Of a stretch of 64,000 nt of DNA, positions 63,229-64,000 are shown one piece after another. Source of the stretch: Octopus sinensis (Eukaryota); the NCBI RefSeq assembly GCF_006345805.1, contig NC_043022.1, positions 1,302,001-1,366,000 of the forward strand, given 5' to 3'. Position 1 is the stretch's first letter. Every line of letters begins with the position of its first letter. The notes beneath the pieces are model-generated. The model did not search any database and was not told the origin of the DNA. It saw only the letters and a list, made by a program, of their open reading frames with translations. The translations under genes were made by a program, and so were the position numbers.

Positions 63229-63489
63229 CCTCCTCCTCCTCCTCCTCCCCCTTTTTCGTCCCCCCTCCTCCTCACCACCACCACCACCACCACCACCATC
63301 ATCATCACCATCACCACCATCATCATCACCACCATCATCATCACCATCACCACCACTATCACAATCATCATCATTCCCATTACCAACACCACCATCACCA
63401 TCACCACCATCATCATCACCATCACCACCACCATCATCATCCCCACCACCACTATCACAATCATCCTCATTCCCATTACGAACACCACT

Positions 63490-63524
<35 letters not shown>

Positions 63525-63525
63525 T
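63229..63525. repeat. (CCT)n/(CAC)n/(CAT)n compound trinucleotide repeat
   Basis: Directly visible, with an internal ~90-bp duplication. Confidence 0.92.
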
Positions 63526-63857
63526 ACCTCTGCTTTTCCCATGCTGATGTAACTCGGACAAGAGTTATTGAGGCAGTATTCTATGGTCAGATGCCTTTCC
63601 TGTCACTAACCCTTAACCTGTTTTCCTAGTGAAGTATTTCTTGTTCTATTCCAGGACAAATTGCTATTGGTTCTGTGTTTTCATCTTCATCCTCTATATT
63701 TTTAGAGGTCTTTGCCCACAGGGCTCAGTTTTGTCTTCTTTCCCTTCCTGCAGTTTGGTAAAATGCAGGGCACATAGCCGTGATGTCTATTTAGCTGCCT
63801 TGTCCAGAGGTGCCATCCTTTTTTTTTTTCACCAATGTGTTGTTGTTTTATTTACAG

Positions 63858-63995
63858 AGGAACTGAGGGTTCTGCACGAACGGCTTGCCTATCTGGAACG
63901 AAGGGAGCGTGAACTGATTCGGGAGAAAGAAGAACAAGAGAAGGAGTTTGGCTTAAAAAGAGCCAAACTGAAGGAGCTGTTTCTTCAGAAAGAAG
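63858..63995 (+). CDS. RABEP1: Rabaptin-5 (Rab GTPase-binding effector protein 1) coding exon, N-terminal coiled coil
   Basis: tttacag|...|gtgag, 138 nt, phase 1-1. Encodes EELRVLHERLAYLERRERELIREKEEQEKEFGLKRAKLKELFLQKE, matching the recalled human RABEP1 segment QLEQEFNQKRAKFKELYLAKE. Confidence 0.88.
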
Positions 63996-64000
63996 GTGAG

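Larger units (their letters stand above)
29545..63857 (+). other. RABEP1: predicted 34.3-kb first intron of the RABEP1-like gene
   Basis: GT...AG boundaries between two phase-compatible exons. Confidence 0.6.

Noticed and set aside
63108-63629. Poly-His, poly-Asp/Gly and poly-Met/Val ORFs
   Set aside because: These are translations of a trinucleotide repeat in all frames with no splice support.

Overview
Repeat-dense, AT-rich eukaryotic DNA. The SINE, RTE-LINE and microsatellite landscape points to a cephalopod mollusc, probably Octopus (inference). The only host gene I can support is the 5' part of a Rabaptin-5 (RABEP1-like) gene on the + strand: coding exon 1 at 29490-29544, a 34.3-kb intron, and exon 2 at 63858-63995. 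The rest is mobile and repetitive DNA: at least four tRNA-derived SINE families, 5'-truncated RTE and CR1 LINEs, a full-length but decayed Tc1 element with an internally deleted derivative, mariner and maT relics, piggyBac-like and Tc1-like MITEs, Helitron pieces, several minisatellites and long microsatellites. The most notable non-obvious structure is a ~600-bp tandem array at 7490-10312. Each unit carries, on the minus strand, a type I hammerhead ribozyme with a palindromic stem III, and the array ends in an inverted, truncated copy. This fits a retrozyme or Penelope-like self-cleaving RNA cassette. Further solitary or decayed hammerhead-like motifs occur elsewhere in the window. Coordinates were counted by eye, repeat boundaries are approximate, and no database searches were run.
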